Below are positions 40,133 through 50,073 of a stretch of 64,000 nucleotides of DNA, piece by piece (within the stretch, counting starts at the first letter, position 1; each line of letters begins with the position of its first letter). The notes beneath the pieces are model-generated. The model saw only the letters and a list, made by a program, of their open reading frames with translations, had not been told where the DNA came from and did no database searches. The DNA lies in NCBI GenBank assembly GCA_966211675.1, contig CBIHPK010000002.1, positions 76,245-140,244 of the forward strand. Reading direction: 5' to 3'. The DNA is from an uncultured Myxococcaceae bacterium. Its GTDB lineage: Bacteria; Myxococcota_A; Polyangia; Polyangiales; Ga0077539. A program made the position numbers and the translations under genes.

Positions 40133-40290
40133 GGGGCGATTCTCCAGGCGCCGAAGGGTGCGCGGCGCGTGCGTAGGAGCACCGTACGACGGGCCACTCG
40201 CGGAACGGAATGTGGGCGATGTGCGCAAGCGTCGAGGCGCCGATGGATGGCGGTGTGCGCATCACACGGGCGGAGGGGATGAGTCGGAGC

Positions 40291-41409
40291 TCAGCGCGCG
40301 ACGCTGACCTCCGCGGCGCAGGGCCGATCGGCGTTGCGGGCCCTGCCCTCGAGCCACCCGAGGGGGTTGGGCGTGGCGCACGCGTCCGTGATCACCGCCG
40401 TGCGCGGACGCGGCAGAGCGCTCTGGTGCGAGAGCGCCTGGTAGGCGTCCTGGTAGCAGAGCAGGGCGAGGGCGTTGGGCTCGCTCGCCTGGGCGCGGCA
40501 GGTGTTGGAGGGCAGGCGCGGGTCGACGTCGAGCCAGACGTCGAGCTCGACGCGGCGCGCGTCCTCGCACTCGAAGAGGCGCTCGGGCTCTGCCGGGCAC
40601 TGCCCGAAGGTGACGCCCGGCGCGACCGGAGGACCGTAGACATCGGGTGCGAAGCGCTGGCAGGCGCAGCGGGCGGTGCCCGATCCGGTGAGCGCGACCG
40701 GCGTGGTGAAGCGCTCCGGGGCGCGGTCGAGCGCCGAGGTGCTGCCGCCGAAGACGGCGAACGCGAGGGCGGGGCGCGCGGCGAGGGCGGCGGGGGTGCA
40801 GCGGCCGGCTGGGAGCGTGGCGCAGGCGATCTCGCGGGCCATGCGCGCGGCGCGGCAGAAGCTCAGCACGGCGTTGCGGCTGCGGTGATCGGTCGCGGGG
40901 GGGATGGAGGCGTTCCAGAAGGCGGCGAGCTCGGGGCAGGGGTGGTCGCTGGCGAACTGAACGTGGTCCGCGAAGCCCGAGATGGCCACGCGGAGAGAGC
41001 GGGCGTCGGTGCTGGCGCTGAGCTGGAGCTGCGAGAGGGTCTGGCCCACGAGGCGCCAGCGATCGAGCACGGCGTCGCTGCGCGGCTCGAAGGCGCCGAG
41101 GCCGAAGAGGGTCTCCGTCGCGCAGGACACCTGCCAGTGCAGCCCGTCGCCGTCCGGGTTGCGTGGGACGCAACGCTCGCCGAGCTGCGAGACGATGCGC
41201 TCGATGGAGTCGCGCAGCATCGCCACGGCGGCCGGAACGCGCTGGTGCAGCTCGCGCTGGCCCTGGTCGATGCGCGCCCGGTCGGCGGCGGGGTCGACCG
41301 CGGTGCGGGCGGCGCTGCGAGGCGGATACGCCGGGATCGCGGGCGTGCGGGTGTACGCCCTCGGCGCGCAGCCGAGGAGCAGGAGGGAGGCGAGGGCGGC
41401 GCGGCGCAT
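40291..41409 (-). CDS. Cys-rich lipoprotein of unknown function (possible degenerate OmpA/Pal-like segment)
   Basis: MRRAALASLLLLGCAPR lipobox and ~16 Cys. The segment LRVAISGFADHVQF...NAVLSFCRAARMAREI loosely resembles the OmpA_C core. Starts 4 nt after the upstream gene stop. Confidence 0.6.
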   Translation of the reverse strand: MRRAALASLLLLGCAPRAYTRTPAIPAYPPRSAARTAVDPAADRARIDQGQRELHQRVPAAVAMLRDSIERIVSQLGERCVPRNPDGDGLHWQVSCATETLFGLGAFEPRSDAVLDRWRLVGQTLSQLQLSASTDARSLRVAISGFADHVQFASDHPCPELAAFWNASIPPATDHRSRNAVLSFCRAARMAREIACATLPAGRCTPAALAARPALAFAVFGGSTSALDRAPERFTTPVALTGSGTARCACQRFAPDVYGPPVAPGVTFGQCPAEPERLFECEDARRVELDVWLDVDPRLPSNTCRAQASEPNALALLCYQDAYQALSHQSALPRPRTAVITDACATPNPLGWLEGRARNADRPCAAEVSVAR

Positions 41410-41412
41410 CGC

Positions 41413-43821
41413 TCAGAGCCCCCGGAGGTAGTCGAAGAGGGAGCCCAGGTTCACGCCGAGGTGCAGCGCGATGTTGACCGCGCTGTCCGAGGCGGCGGGC
41501 GCCACGCCGAACACGGTCGGCTGGATGAGCACGCCGAAGCTCACCATCCTCGGGATGGCGAAGGGGCCGCCGGAGAGGGTGACGTCGAGGCCGGTGCCGG
41601 TGTGGAGCGCGCGGCCGTCGCCCGGCGAGGCGAGCACCATCACCGGGATGGACACGTCGAGCGTGAGCCACGAGACGACGCGGGCCCGGGGCGAGACGCG
41701 GGCGTAGAGGAGCGGGGCGGCGACGCCGATGGAGACGCAGTCGCCGCGGCTGCACTGCGAGTGGAGCTCGTACTGCGCGCGGAGCTCGACGCTGCCGGGC
41801 AGGCCCCAGCGGAAGTAGAAGGGCCCCGCGTCGGCGCTGCGGTGGATGAGCGGAGGGGTCGACCGGAGCCGCGCCCGCGCGAGGCAGGTGAAGCGGACTC
41901 CCGGCGCGTCGGCGGCGCTCTCGGTCGCGAGGAAGGCGTGGACGCTCCCCTCCGAGGGAAGCGCGCGGAGGTTCTCGAGGAGGTCGTCGGGCGAGCGAGG
42001 ACAGACGTCGCGGTCGGAGAGCAGCACCACCAGGGCGCTCCGGCCAGGGGCGTGCAGCTCGGGCTCGACGCGCAGCCGGGTGGGGATGACCCGGTTGATC
42101 CGAGCGCTGTCGTCGGCGGCGACGGAGGGGTCGGAGGTGGTGGCGCTGAAGGCGTTGATGGCGGCGGTCACGTCGGGCGTCGTCGCGAGGCGCCACTCGG
42201 GGAGGCCCGCGCGCGCGGTGAACGCGAAGGTGTCGTCCCCGGCGCCGGGCACGGTGCTCCAGGGGTCGGAGAGGGACATCGAGCCGTGGTCGACCAGGCC
42301 CACCGGGAGCCACGCGTCGCGCGGTCGGAGCACGGCGATGCGGGCCAGGGCGAGGTCCTGCGGGGCGCAGCGCGGGTCGTCGGCGGGGCGCATCACCACC
42401 TGCCAGAGCCCGGCCGCGCGGTCGTCGAAGGCGTGGGCGCCGCGCGCGTCGAGGGCGACTCCCTCGCGAGGACCCTGCTCGGCGCTCGTGGGGCAGAGCA
42501 CCATCCGCGAGCCCTGCGGGAGCGCGTCCGGCGCGAGCACCCGGTCGCCGACGGTGGCGAGCCGCACCGGGCTCTCGGCCTCCAGCGGCACCCGCTCGGC
42601 CTCGCCCGCGCCGGCCTGGCTCACCCCGACGCCGTCGCCGGTGCGGGTGAACACGTCGAGGTGGCGCTCCAGCGTGAAGGCCTCGGGAATACCCGTCACG
42701 GTAAGCGGGGCGACCTGCGCGAGCGCCACGCAGCGGAGCGAGGCGAGCTCCGCGGGGGTCGCTCGGGCGTTGCGGGTCGGCGCCGCGGTGTAGCGCCCGG
42801 CGTGGCAGAGGCGGAGCGATCCGAGCACCTCGGCCCAGTCGCGGCGGCCGGGGGCCATCGCGCCTCCGGGCGCGCCGTAGCGCCGTCGCATCACCGAGCG
42901 AACGGCCTCGTCGGGGACCGTGAGCGCGCTGCCGTCGGCGTCGACGCGGGCGCTGAAGGTGGCGGCGGAGCCGTCGCGGTCGGGCGCGGCGGTCACCACC
43001 AGGGCGCTGGCGGCGGCGGCGGTGACGAGCTCGCTCCAGCGCATCGGGTCGCGGGCGAAGAGGTCCGCGCGAGGCGTGAGGCGCAGCTCGCCGCGGCGCC
43101 AGTCGGTGTCGAACCAGCGCGTGGCGGACTCGGAGAAGAGCCGCTGGAGGGGGGTCTGCGGGTCGCCGAAGCGCATGCTGTCGACGCGCAGCGCGAGGTC
43201 GCCGCCGTGGCGGCGGAGGTAGATCCCGGCGGCCGCGACGGAGCGCGGGACATCGACGCTCTGCGCCTCGCCCAGCGCGAGCAGCCGTGCGCCCGCGGTC
43301 GCGGTGAGCAGCGTCGGGGCGTCGGCGCCGTCGACCACCAGGAGCTCGACCCCCTCGACCGGGCACGCGGTGAGGCGCGGCGCGGTGAGGCGCAGCTCCC
43401 CGGTGGCCGTGCGCTCGAAGCGCACCGCGGTGGTGCCCTCGCCGAGGTGCGCGAGGCAGGGGCGCAGCGCGACGGACTGCGCCGGCGGCGTGTCGCGCCC
43501 GCTGGCCGGCGGGAGCGCGAAGACCTCGAGGTCCGCCGCGAGGTCGCGGCGAGCCGGGGGGAGCCCCACGTCGCGCAGCAGGGTGGGCAGATCGCGCTCT
43601 CCCTCGGGGAGCGTGACCCCCTCGCGGAGCACCGTCCCGCCGACGGTGCGGACGCCGTAGCGGCAATCGGCCTGCGAGCGGAAGCGGTCGGTGAGCGCGG
43701 CCGTCACGTGGGTCGTCGGCGCGGAGGCGGTGGTCGGAGCGAAGCAGAAGGTCTGCGCGCTCGCGGTCGTCGGGACGAAGGGGAGCGCGAGGCCGAGGGC
43801 CAGGAGGGGAGGGAGCCGCAT
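41413..43821 (-). CDS. large secreted protein of unknown function, beta-strand-rich C-terminus
   Basis: Internal start MRLPPLLALGLALPFVPTTASAQT (signal peptide). The frame has near-saturated GC3. No recognisable motifs. The last ~150 aa show an alternating hydrophobic pattern. Confidence 0.6.
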   Translation of the reverse strand: MRLPPLLALGLALPFVPTTASAQTFCFAPTTASAPTTHVTAALTDRFRSQADCRYGVRTVGGTVLREGVTLPEGERDLPTLLRDVGLPPARRDLAADLEVFALPPASGRDTPPAQSVALRPCLAHLGEGTTAVRFERTATGELRLTAPRLTACPVEGVELLVVDGADAPTLLTATAGARLLALGEAQSVDVPRSVAAAGIYLRRHGGDLALRVDSMRFGDPQTPLQRLFSESATRWFDTDWRRGELRLTPRADLFARDPMRWSELVTAAAASALVVTAAPDRDGSAATFSARVDADGSALTVPDEAVRSVMRRRYGAPGGAMAPGRRDWAEVLGSLRLCHAGRYTAAPTRNARATPAELASLRCVALAQVAPLTVTGIPEAFTLERHLDVFTRTGDGVGVSQAGAGEAERVPLEAESPVRLATVGDRVLAPDALPQGSRMVLCPTSAEQGPREGVALDARGAHAFDDRAAGLWQVVMRPADDPRCAPQDLALARIAVLRPRDAWLPVGLVDHGSMSLSDPWSTVPGAGDDTFAFTARAGLPEWRLATTPDVTAAINAFSATTSDPSVAADDSARINRVIPTRLRVEPELHAPGRSALVVLLSDRDVCPRSPDDLLENLRALPSEGSVHAFLATESAADAPGVRFTCLARARLRSTPPLIHRSADAGPFYFRWGLPGSVELRAQYELHSQCSRGDCVSIGVAAPLLYARVSPRARVVSWLTLDVSIPVMVLASPGDGRALHTGTGLDVTLSGGPFAIPRMVSFGVLIQPTVFGVAPAASDSAVNIALHLGVNLGSLFDYLRGL

Positions 43822-43958
43822 CCGCGGGCGGGTAGCACGGACCGATGCGCCGGCTGGAGTTACTGTCGGAGGGCGGCGCGGGCGAGGCCGGTGGCCGCGT
43901 CGGCGGGGCGAACGGCGCTGCGTCACCCGCGGCGCTTCGTGATAGGGTCGCCCGCGGA

Positions 43959-44801
43959 ATGGCCAGGGACATCGATCAGCTCGTGGACGCGGTGGTGGCG
44001 AGGGTGACGCAGGAGATGGCGACGCCCGCAAAGGACGCGGTGCGCCCGACGGTGACGCCGAGGGTCGGCAGCGCCGCCTCTGGCGCCGGGGGCGTCGCTC
44101 CGGTGGCCGGGCAGGCGAGCGCCGCGGCGCAGCCACGGCCCGACCTCGCGCGCGTCATCGACCACACGCTGCTCAAGCCCGACGCCACGCGCGACGACCT
44201 GCGCAAGCTGTGCTCCGAGGCGATGACCTGGCGCTTCTTCTCGGTGTGCGTCAACAGCGTCAACGTCTCGTTCTGCCGGCAGCAGCTGACCGGCTCGACG
44301 GTCAGCGTGTGCGCGGTGGTGGGGTTCCCGCTGGGGGCGATGACGCCCAACGCGAAGGCCTTCGAGACCACCGAGGCGATCCGCGCGGGCGCCGACGAGA
44401 TCGACATGGTCATCAACGTCGGCGCGCTGAAGTCCGGCGACTACGCGCTGGTGCTCGACGACATCGCGCGCGTCGTCGGCGCGGCGCCGGGGCGGGTGGT
44501 GAAGGTCATCCTCGAGACCTCGATGCTCAGCCGCGACGAGAAGGTCATCGCCTGCGCGCTCTCCAAGGCCGCGGGCGCGAGCTACGTGAAGACCTCGACG
44601 GGCTTCGGTGGCGGCGGGGCGACCGCCGAGGACATCGCGCTGATGCGCGGGGTCGTGGGCCCCGAGCTCGGCGTGAAGGCCAGCGGCGGAGTGCGCACGG
44701 CCGCCGACGCCGACCGGATGATCGCGGTCGGGGCGACCCGCCTTGGCGCGAGCAGCTCGGTGGCGATCGTCAGCGGCGGCACCGGCTCGTCGGGCTACTG
44801 A
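43959..44801 (+). CDS. deoC: deoxyribose-phosphate aldolase with a ~70-aa N-terminal extension
   Basis: Core [11 protein letters not shown]…FSVCVN…[10 protein letters not shown]…EIDMVINVG…VKVILET…YVKTSTGF (Schiff-base Lys). Start taken as MARDIDQLV…; an upstream ATG at 43845 is also open. Confidence 0.85.
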   Translation: MARDIDQLVDAVVARVTQEMATPAKDAVRPTVTPRVGSAASGAGGVAPVAGQASAAAQPRPDLARVIDHTLLKPDATRDDLRKLCSEAMTWRFFSVCVNSVNVSFCRQQLTGSTVSVCAVVGFPLGAMTPNAKAFETTEAIRAGADEIDMVINVGALKSGDYALVLDDIARVVGAAPGRVVKVILETSMLSRDEKVIACALSKAAGASYVKTSTGFGGGGATAEDIALMRGVVGPELGVKASGGVRTAADADRMIAVGATRLGASSSVAIVSGGTGSSGY

Positions 44802-44804
44802 TCC

Positions 44805-44824
44805 GCCGGGCGGAGCCGCCCGGC
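44805..44824 (+). terminator. GC hairpin immediately after deoC
   Basis: GCCGGGCGG-ag-CCGCCCGGC (effectively an 8-bp stem with a 4-nt loop), starting 4 nt after the TGA. No T-tract. Confidence 0.4.
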
Positions 44825-44920
44825 CCGGTCGCTGCTGGCCACGCGCCGCGGCCCTTGCGACACACCGCCACTCGGGTTACGCCCCCCGATCCGTCATCGT
44901 CTACGCGGGAGAACCATCCG

Positions 44921-45769
44921 ATGAACCCCACTCACGCACCGCTTCGCCGGGTCCGGTCCCTTGTGCGGCTCGCGCTCTGTCTCACGCTCGCCGCCTGTAG
45001 CGCCCGGGGCGTCGGCGGCGGCACGACGACCACCGGCGACTCCGGCACGCCGCAGCCCATGACCCTGTCGTTCACCTGCTCGCAGCTCTGCGCGCCGCTC
45101 GCGAGCGCGCCGTCGTGCGCGGGCGCGGGCGTGAGCACCTGCCAGAGCTCGTGCGCGGGTTCGCTGGCGTCGACGCCCGCGGCCTGCGTGGCGAGCGCCA
45201 ACGCGCTCTACGCGTGCACCCAGACGGCGACGCCGTCGTGCTCGGCGGGGACGCAGTTTCCCTTCGCGGCGTGCCAGTCGCAGTACAGCGCCTACGTCGC
45301 GTGCGTCTCCACGCCTCAGGACGCGGGGACTCCGGCCGTGGACAGCGGCGTCCCGCCGAGGGACAGCGGGATGGTGACGCCGATGGACGAGTGCTCCGAC
45401 GCGGCCGACTGCGCGGCCTGCACCGGGCGATCGTCGTGCGGCTGGTGCGCCGGTCGCTGCTGGCGGGGGTCTTCCACGGGACCGATCGGCGGCTCCTGCG
45501 GCGACTCCTCCTGGGCGTGGACCTCGGGGCAGTGCCAGTCGACGCCCCCGCCGCGCGACGCAGGTGGCCCGATCAGCCCGGCCTGCCAGTCGTGCGCGTT
45601 CTCGACGTGCCCCGATCAGGCGAACGCGTGCTCGGCCGAGCCCGCCTGCCTGCAGTGCGTGGTGGCGCCGAACGCGAGCTGCCTCTCCAACCCGCGCTTC
45701 GCGGCGATCGCCGAGTGCGCCTGCGGCGGCTGCGCCGAGGCGTGCGGCTCGCTCTGCGCGATGTTCTAG
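44921..45769 (+). CDS. Cys-rich lipoprotein with a PSI-like (plexin/semaphorin/integrin-type) CGWC segment
   Basis: MNPTHAPLRRVRSLVRLALCLTLAACSA lipobox. …CSDAADCAACTGRSSCGWCAGRCW…CGDSSWAWTSGQC…. ~30 Cys in total. Confidence 0.65.
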   Translation: MNPTHAPLRRVRSLVRLALCLTLAACSARGVGGGTTTTGDSGTPQPMTLSFTCSQLCAPLASAPSCAGAGVSTCQSSCAGSLASTPAACVASANALYACTQTATPSCSAGTQFPFAACQSQYSAYVACVSTPQDAGTPAVDSGVPPRDSGMVTPMDECSDAADCAACTGRSSCGWCAGRCWRGSSTGPIGGSCGDSSWAWTSGQCQSTPPPRDAGGPISPACQSCAFSTCPDQANACSAEPACLQCVVAPNASCLSNPRFAAIAECACGGCAEACGSLCAMF

Positions 45770-47089
<1,320 letters not shown>

Positions 47090-47104
47090 GCGGGCCGGAG
47101 CGGG

Positions 47105-48097
47105 CTACTGCCCTCGCAGCAGCGAGAGGTAGGCCTGCATCAGGCGGTCGCCGCCGAGCATGTACTCGATCGCCCCGAGCGCCAGGAAGGGACCGAAGGG
47201 GATCATGGTCCGCATCAGCGGCTCTGGTCCCTCGTCGGTCGCGGCCAGGTCGGTCTCGCCGACGTGATCCTCTTCGTCGTCCGAGGGGCCGAGCCTCCAC
47301 CCGGTGACGCGCGAGACGAGGGCCAGGAACTTCTCCGAGAACGACTCGACGTCGTAGTCGAGGTCGTCGGGGTCGATGTCGGGGGCGAGCTTCCACCCGG
47401 TGACGCGCGCCAGCAGGGTCGCGAGGATGCCCTGCATCGACCCGAGGAAGAGCGCGAACAGCACCGCGTGGGGGCCGAGCAGCGCGCCCACCATGGCGAG
47501 GAGCTTCACGTCTCCGAGGCCCATGCCGTCGCGCTTCAGGAAGCGATCCCAGACGAAGTAGAACGCGTACGGGATGCCGGCGCCGAGGGCGATGCCGAGG
47601 AGCGAGGCCCTCCAGCCGATGCCCGGGAGCATGAGGCTGGCGGCAAAGCCCAGGACCGTGCCGCCCAGGGTGATGAAGTCCGGGAGGAGGAGCTTCTGCA
47701 GGTCGATGAAGGAGGCCGTCAGCAGCCCCCAGGCGAAGGCGAAGCGCACGAAGAAGAGCGCGAGGAACACCGGCAGCGCGAGGTCGACCTGCGAGCGCAG
47801 CAGCAGCTCGACCAGGGCGAGCGCCGAGACCGCGTACATCGCCTCGATGAGCGCGTAGCGGGGCGAGATGGGGGCCTTGCAGTCGCGGCATCGACCGCGC
47901 AGCCAGAGCCACGCGAGGATGGGCACGTTGTCGTAGGGCCGCACCGGCTTCTGGCAGTGGGGGCAGTGGGACCCTGGCCGCACGACCGAGTGTCGGGGCC
48001 ATCGATGGACGACGACGGTGGCGAAGCTCCCCCAGATCGCGCCCCAGGCGAAGGCGAACACACGGAAGAACCAGGCCGGGAGATCGGCTGCGGTCAT
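47105..48097 (-). CDS. pilD: prepilin peptidase (A24 family) carrying an unusual acidic insertion
   Basis: Start MTAADLP…. N-terminal Zn-finger-like CPHCQKP…CRDCKAPI. …GLGDVKLLAMVGALLG… and …IPFGPFLALG… aspartyl-protease motifs. ATGA overlap with the upstream TPR gene. Confidence 0.88.
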   Translation of the reverse strand: MTAADLPAWFFRVFAFAWGAIWGSFATVVVHRWPRHSVVRPGSHCPHCQKPVRPYDNVPILAWLWLRGRCRDCKAPISPRYALIEAMYAVSALALVELLLRSQVDLALPVFLALFFVRFAFAWGLLTASFIDLQKLLLPDFITLGGTVLGFAASLMLPGIGWRASLLGIALGAGIPYAFYFVWDRFLKRDGMGLGDVKLLAMVGALLGPHAVLFALFLGSMQGILATLLARVTGWKLAPDIDPDDLDYDVESFSEKFLALVSRVTGWRLGPSDDEEDHVGETDLAATDEGPEPLMRTMIPFGPFLALGAIEYMLGGDRLMQAYLSLLRGQ

Positions 48098-48864
48098 CCG
48101 GCGGGGGTGGGCGGGCTCGTCGGCGGCGACGAAGGAGTCTGGGGCGGGGCTCGCAGCGCGCGCAGGCAGAGCCGGGCGCGGCGGAGCTCGTTCGCCAGGG
48201 TGACCGCCCGCATCGGGTCGTGCTGGTTGCGGCGGATGAAGATCACCAGGTGCCGGCGGGCTCGCCGTCGATCGCCGGTCGCGGCGTAGAGCAGGCCGAG
48301 GACGTAGCGACCGAAGCCCTCGCCGCAGCGCGCGGACTCGAGCTCGTCGATGCGCTCGTCCAGGTCGTCGATGTCCGAGGGCGCTTCGCCCGCGTCGAGG
48401 CGAACGAGCGCGGCGTAGGCCCGGTGCAGGGCGCGCGTGGTGGTCGACCAGCGGACGGCGCGGTCGAGGGCGCTGAGGGCCTCCTCGGACTGTTCGGCGT
48501 GGTGGAGGGCGATGCCCACGGAGAACCAGTGCATGCCGCGGCGCGAGGCCGGGGCGTTGCGGGCCGCGATGCGATAGGCCTGGGCGGCGCGCATCCACCA
48601 GCCCAGGGTGAGGCAGGCGCGGCCGAGGTCGACGTGGGCAATCTCCTGGGCGACCCCGAGGCGGACCATCTTGCGGGCGACGGCGTGGGCCGAGCGCACC
48701 CGGCGCGCATAGAGGTGGGAGCGATAAATCTCGCGCAGGAGCAGGACGCGCGTCTCGGCGTCGACCCGATCGGAGGCGTAGCGGAGCCCCTTCTCGGCGT
48801 AGACGGCTGCGGCATCGGGTGACCCGGTGTGGAGCGCCAGACGGAGGTAGTCGTCTGCCGTCAT
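48094..48864 (-). CDS. TPR-like helical repeat protein, translationally coupled to pilD
   Basis: Start MTADDYLRLALHTG… with AGGAAG 9 nt upstream (an alternative GTG lies at 48882). Ala/Arg-rich helical repeats. The stop overlaps the pilD ATG. Confidence 0.6.
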   Translation of the reverse strand: MTADDYLRLALHTGSPDAAAVYAEKGLRYASDRVDAETRVLLLREIYRSHLYARRVRSAHAVARKMVRLGVAQEIAHVDLGRACLTLGWWMRAAQAYRIAARNAPASRRGMHWFSVGIALHHAEQSEEALSALDRAVRWSTTTRALHRAYAALVRLDAGEAPSDIDDLDERIDELESARCGEGFGRYVLGLLYAATGDRRRARRHLVIFIRRNQHDPMRAVTLANELRRARLCLRALRAPPQTPSSPPTSPPTPAG

Positions 48865-49020
48865 GGGTCGCTGCTTCCTCACGATCCAAAACCTATAGCA
48901 GTTTCAAGCTCTCCCGGACACGAACCTTTACTGGTGGACTGAGTCCGCCGACAGGGAATGTCACTCCAGGGGGCGCTGCTTTCGCCTGCATTTCCCAGGG
49001 GATCACCGGTCGCGTCGGGC

Positions 49021-49065
49021 CTGGAACGCTGGAGTTCCAGCGACTGTGGCCCGTCAGCACGGGCC
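49021..49065 (-). terminator. two adjacent perfect 7-bp hairpins downstream of the PP2C gene
   Basis: CTGGAAC-gctgga-GTTCCAG (49021..49040) and GGCCCGT-cagc-ACGGGCC (49048..49065), in the 311-nt spacer between the PP2C stop and the TPR-pilD operon. Confidence 0.3.
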
Positions 49066-49175
49066 CCGCAGCGGAGCGCGAACGCTTCCGTTGGCGGGCC
49101 CGGTAGGGGTACACTTTCGCCCTGCACCGGGAGAGCTCTGAGCGGAGGGGGCGCCCGAAGGGAACGAGCGGGAGG

Positions 49176-49964
49176 TCAGTTCGCCGGGCCGACCCACCGG
49201 ATGAGGCAGGCGGTGATGTTGTCCGGTCCGCCGTTCTCGTTGGCGCGGCCGATGAGCCGGGAGGCCGCGGCCTTGAGGTCGTTCTTGTTCTCCTCGACGA
49301 GGCGGAGGAGCTCCGGGTCGGGCACCGGCCCGGAGAGGCCGTCGGAGCAGAGCAGGTAGATGTCCCCGGGGTTCGGGTGGTCGAGCTTGGAGTCGACCTT
49401 CACCGAGTCCTTCATGCCGAGCGCGCGAACGATGACGTTCTTGTGGGGGAAGTTGGCGATCTCCTCCTCCGTGAGCTTGCGCATCTTCAGGTAGTCGTTG
49501 AGCAGCGAGTGGTCTTCGGTGAGCTGCTCGATGGCGCCGTTGCGGATGCGGTACACCCGCGAGTCGCCGACGTGCCCGACGATGATGCCCTCGCGCACGG
49601 CGAGGCAGACCACCAGGGTCGTGCCCATGCCGCGGTAGCGGGGCTCGCGCTGCGCGGCCTCGAAGATGCGCAGGTTGGCCAGCTTCACCGCGGTGATGAG
49701 CCGGTTCTCCTCGTAGCTCCGCTGCTTGTCCATCTTGTACGGCCAGGTCGCGTCGGGGTCCTTCGCGGTGGCCTCGAAGAACTCCCGCATCGCGTCGATG
49801 GCCATCTTCGAGGCGACCTCGCCGGAGGCGTGACCGCCCATCCCGTCGGCGACGATCACGAGGTTCTCCTCGGAGACGATCGAGAAGTTGTCCTCGTTGT
49901 GTGTGCGCTTCATGCCGACGTTGGTCTCGCCGATCAATTCCATGCGCACGGGGTGGCCTGGCAC
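49176..49964 (-). CDS. PP2C-family Ser/Thr protein phosphatase
   Basis: …GETNVGMKRTHNEDNF…, …VADGMGGHASGEVAS…, …LLCSDGLS…, …GGPDNITA…. GTG start at 49964 with AAGGGAG 6 nt upstream. Confidence 0.88.
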   Translation of the reverse strand: MPGHPVRMELIGETNVGMKRTHNEDNFSIVSEENLVIVADGMGGHASGEVASKMAIDAMREFFEATAKDPDATWPYKMDKQRSYEENRLITAVKLANLRIFEAAQREPRYRGMGTTLVVCLAVREGIIVGHVGDSRVYRIRNGAIEQLTEDHSLLNDYLKMRKLTEEEIANFPHKNVIVRALGMKDSVKVDSKLDHPNPGDIYLLCSDGLSGPVPDPELLRLVEENKNDLKAAASRLIGRANENGGPDNITACLIRWVGPAN

Positions 49965-50073
49965 GTCGCGCTCCCTTGGTTTTCCGCGGGAGAACGCTTC
50001 CTCCCGATCTATCGGCGAAAGCTATCCCGAGTGCTTTCGGCGCGTCAACACAACACGCAGAGCGCCGACGCGC

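Noticed and set aside
40262-43972. 1236-aa minus-strand ORF spanning both unknown genes in an alternative frame.
   Set aside because: Its translation is Arg/Pro/Ala-rich junk. The chosen frames (40291..41409 and 41413..43821) start with a lipobox and a signal peptide respectively, are separated by 4 nt, and show third-position G/C in nearly every codon I translated.
43822-44136. N-terminal extensions implied by the longest ORFs: 41413..44136, 21325..25032, 47105..48889 (pilD fused to the TPR region), 28615..29490, 53486..55498, 50074..51495.
   Set aside because: The upstream parts are Arg/Pro-rich and overlap neighbouring genes or divergent promoters. The internal starts give proper signal peptides, lipoboxes or family-typical N-termini, often with a Shine-Dalgarno sequence.
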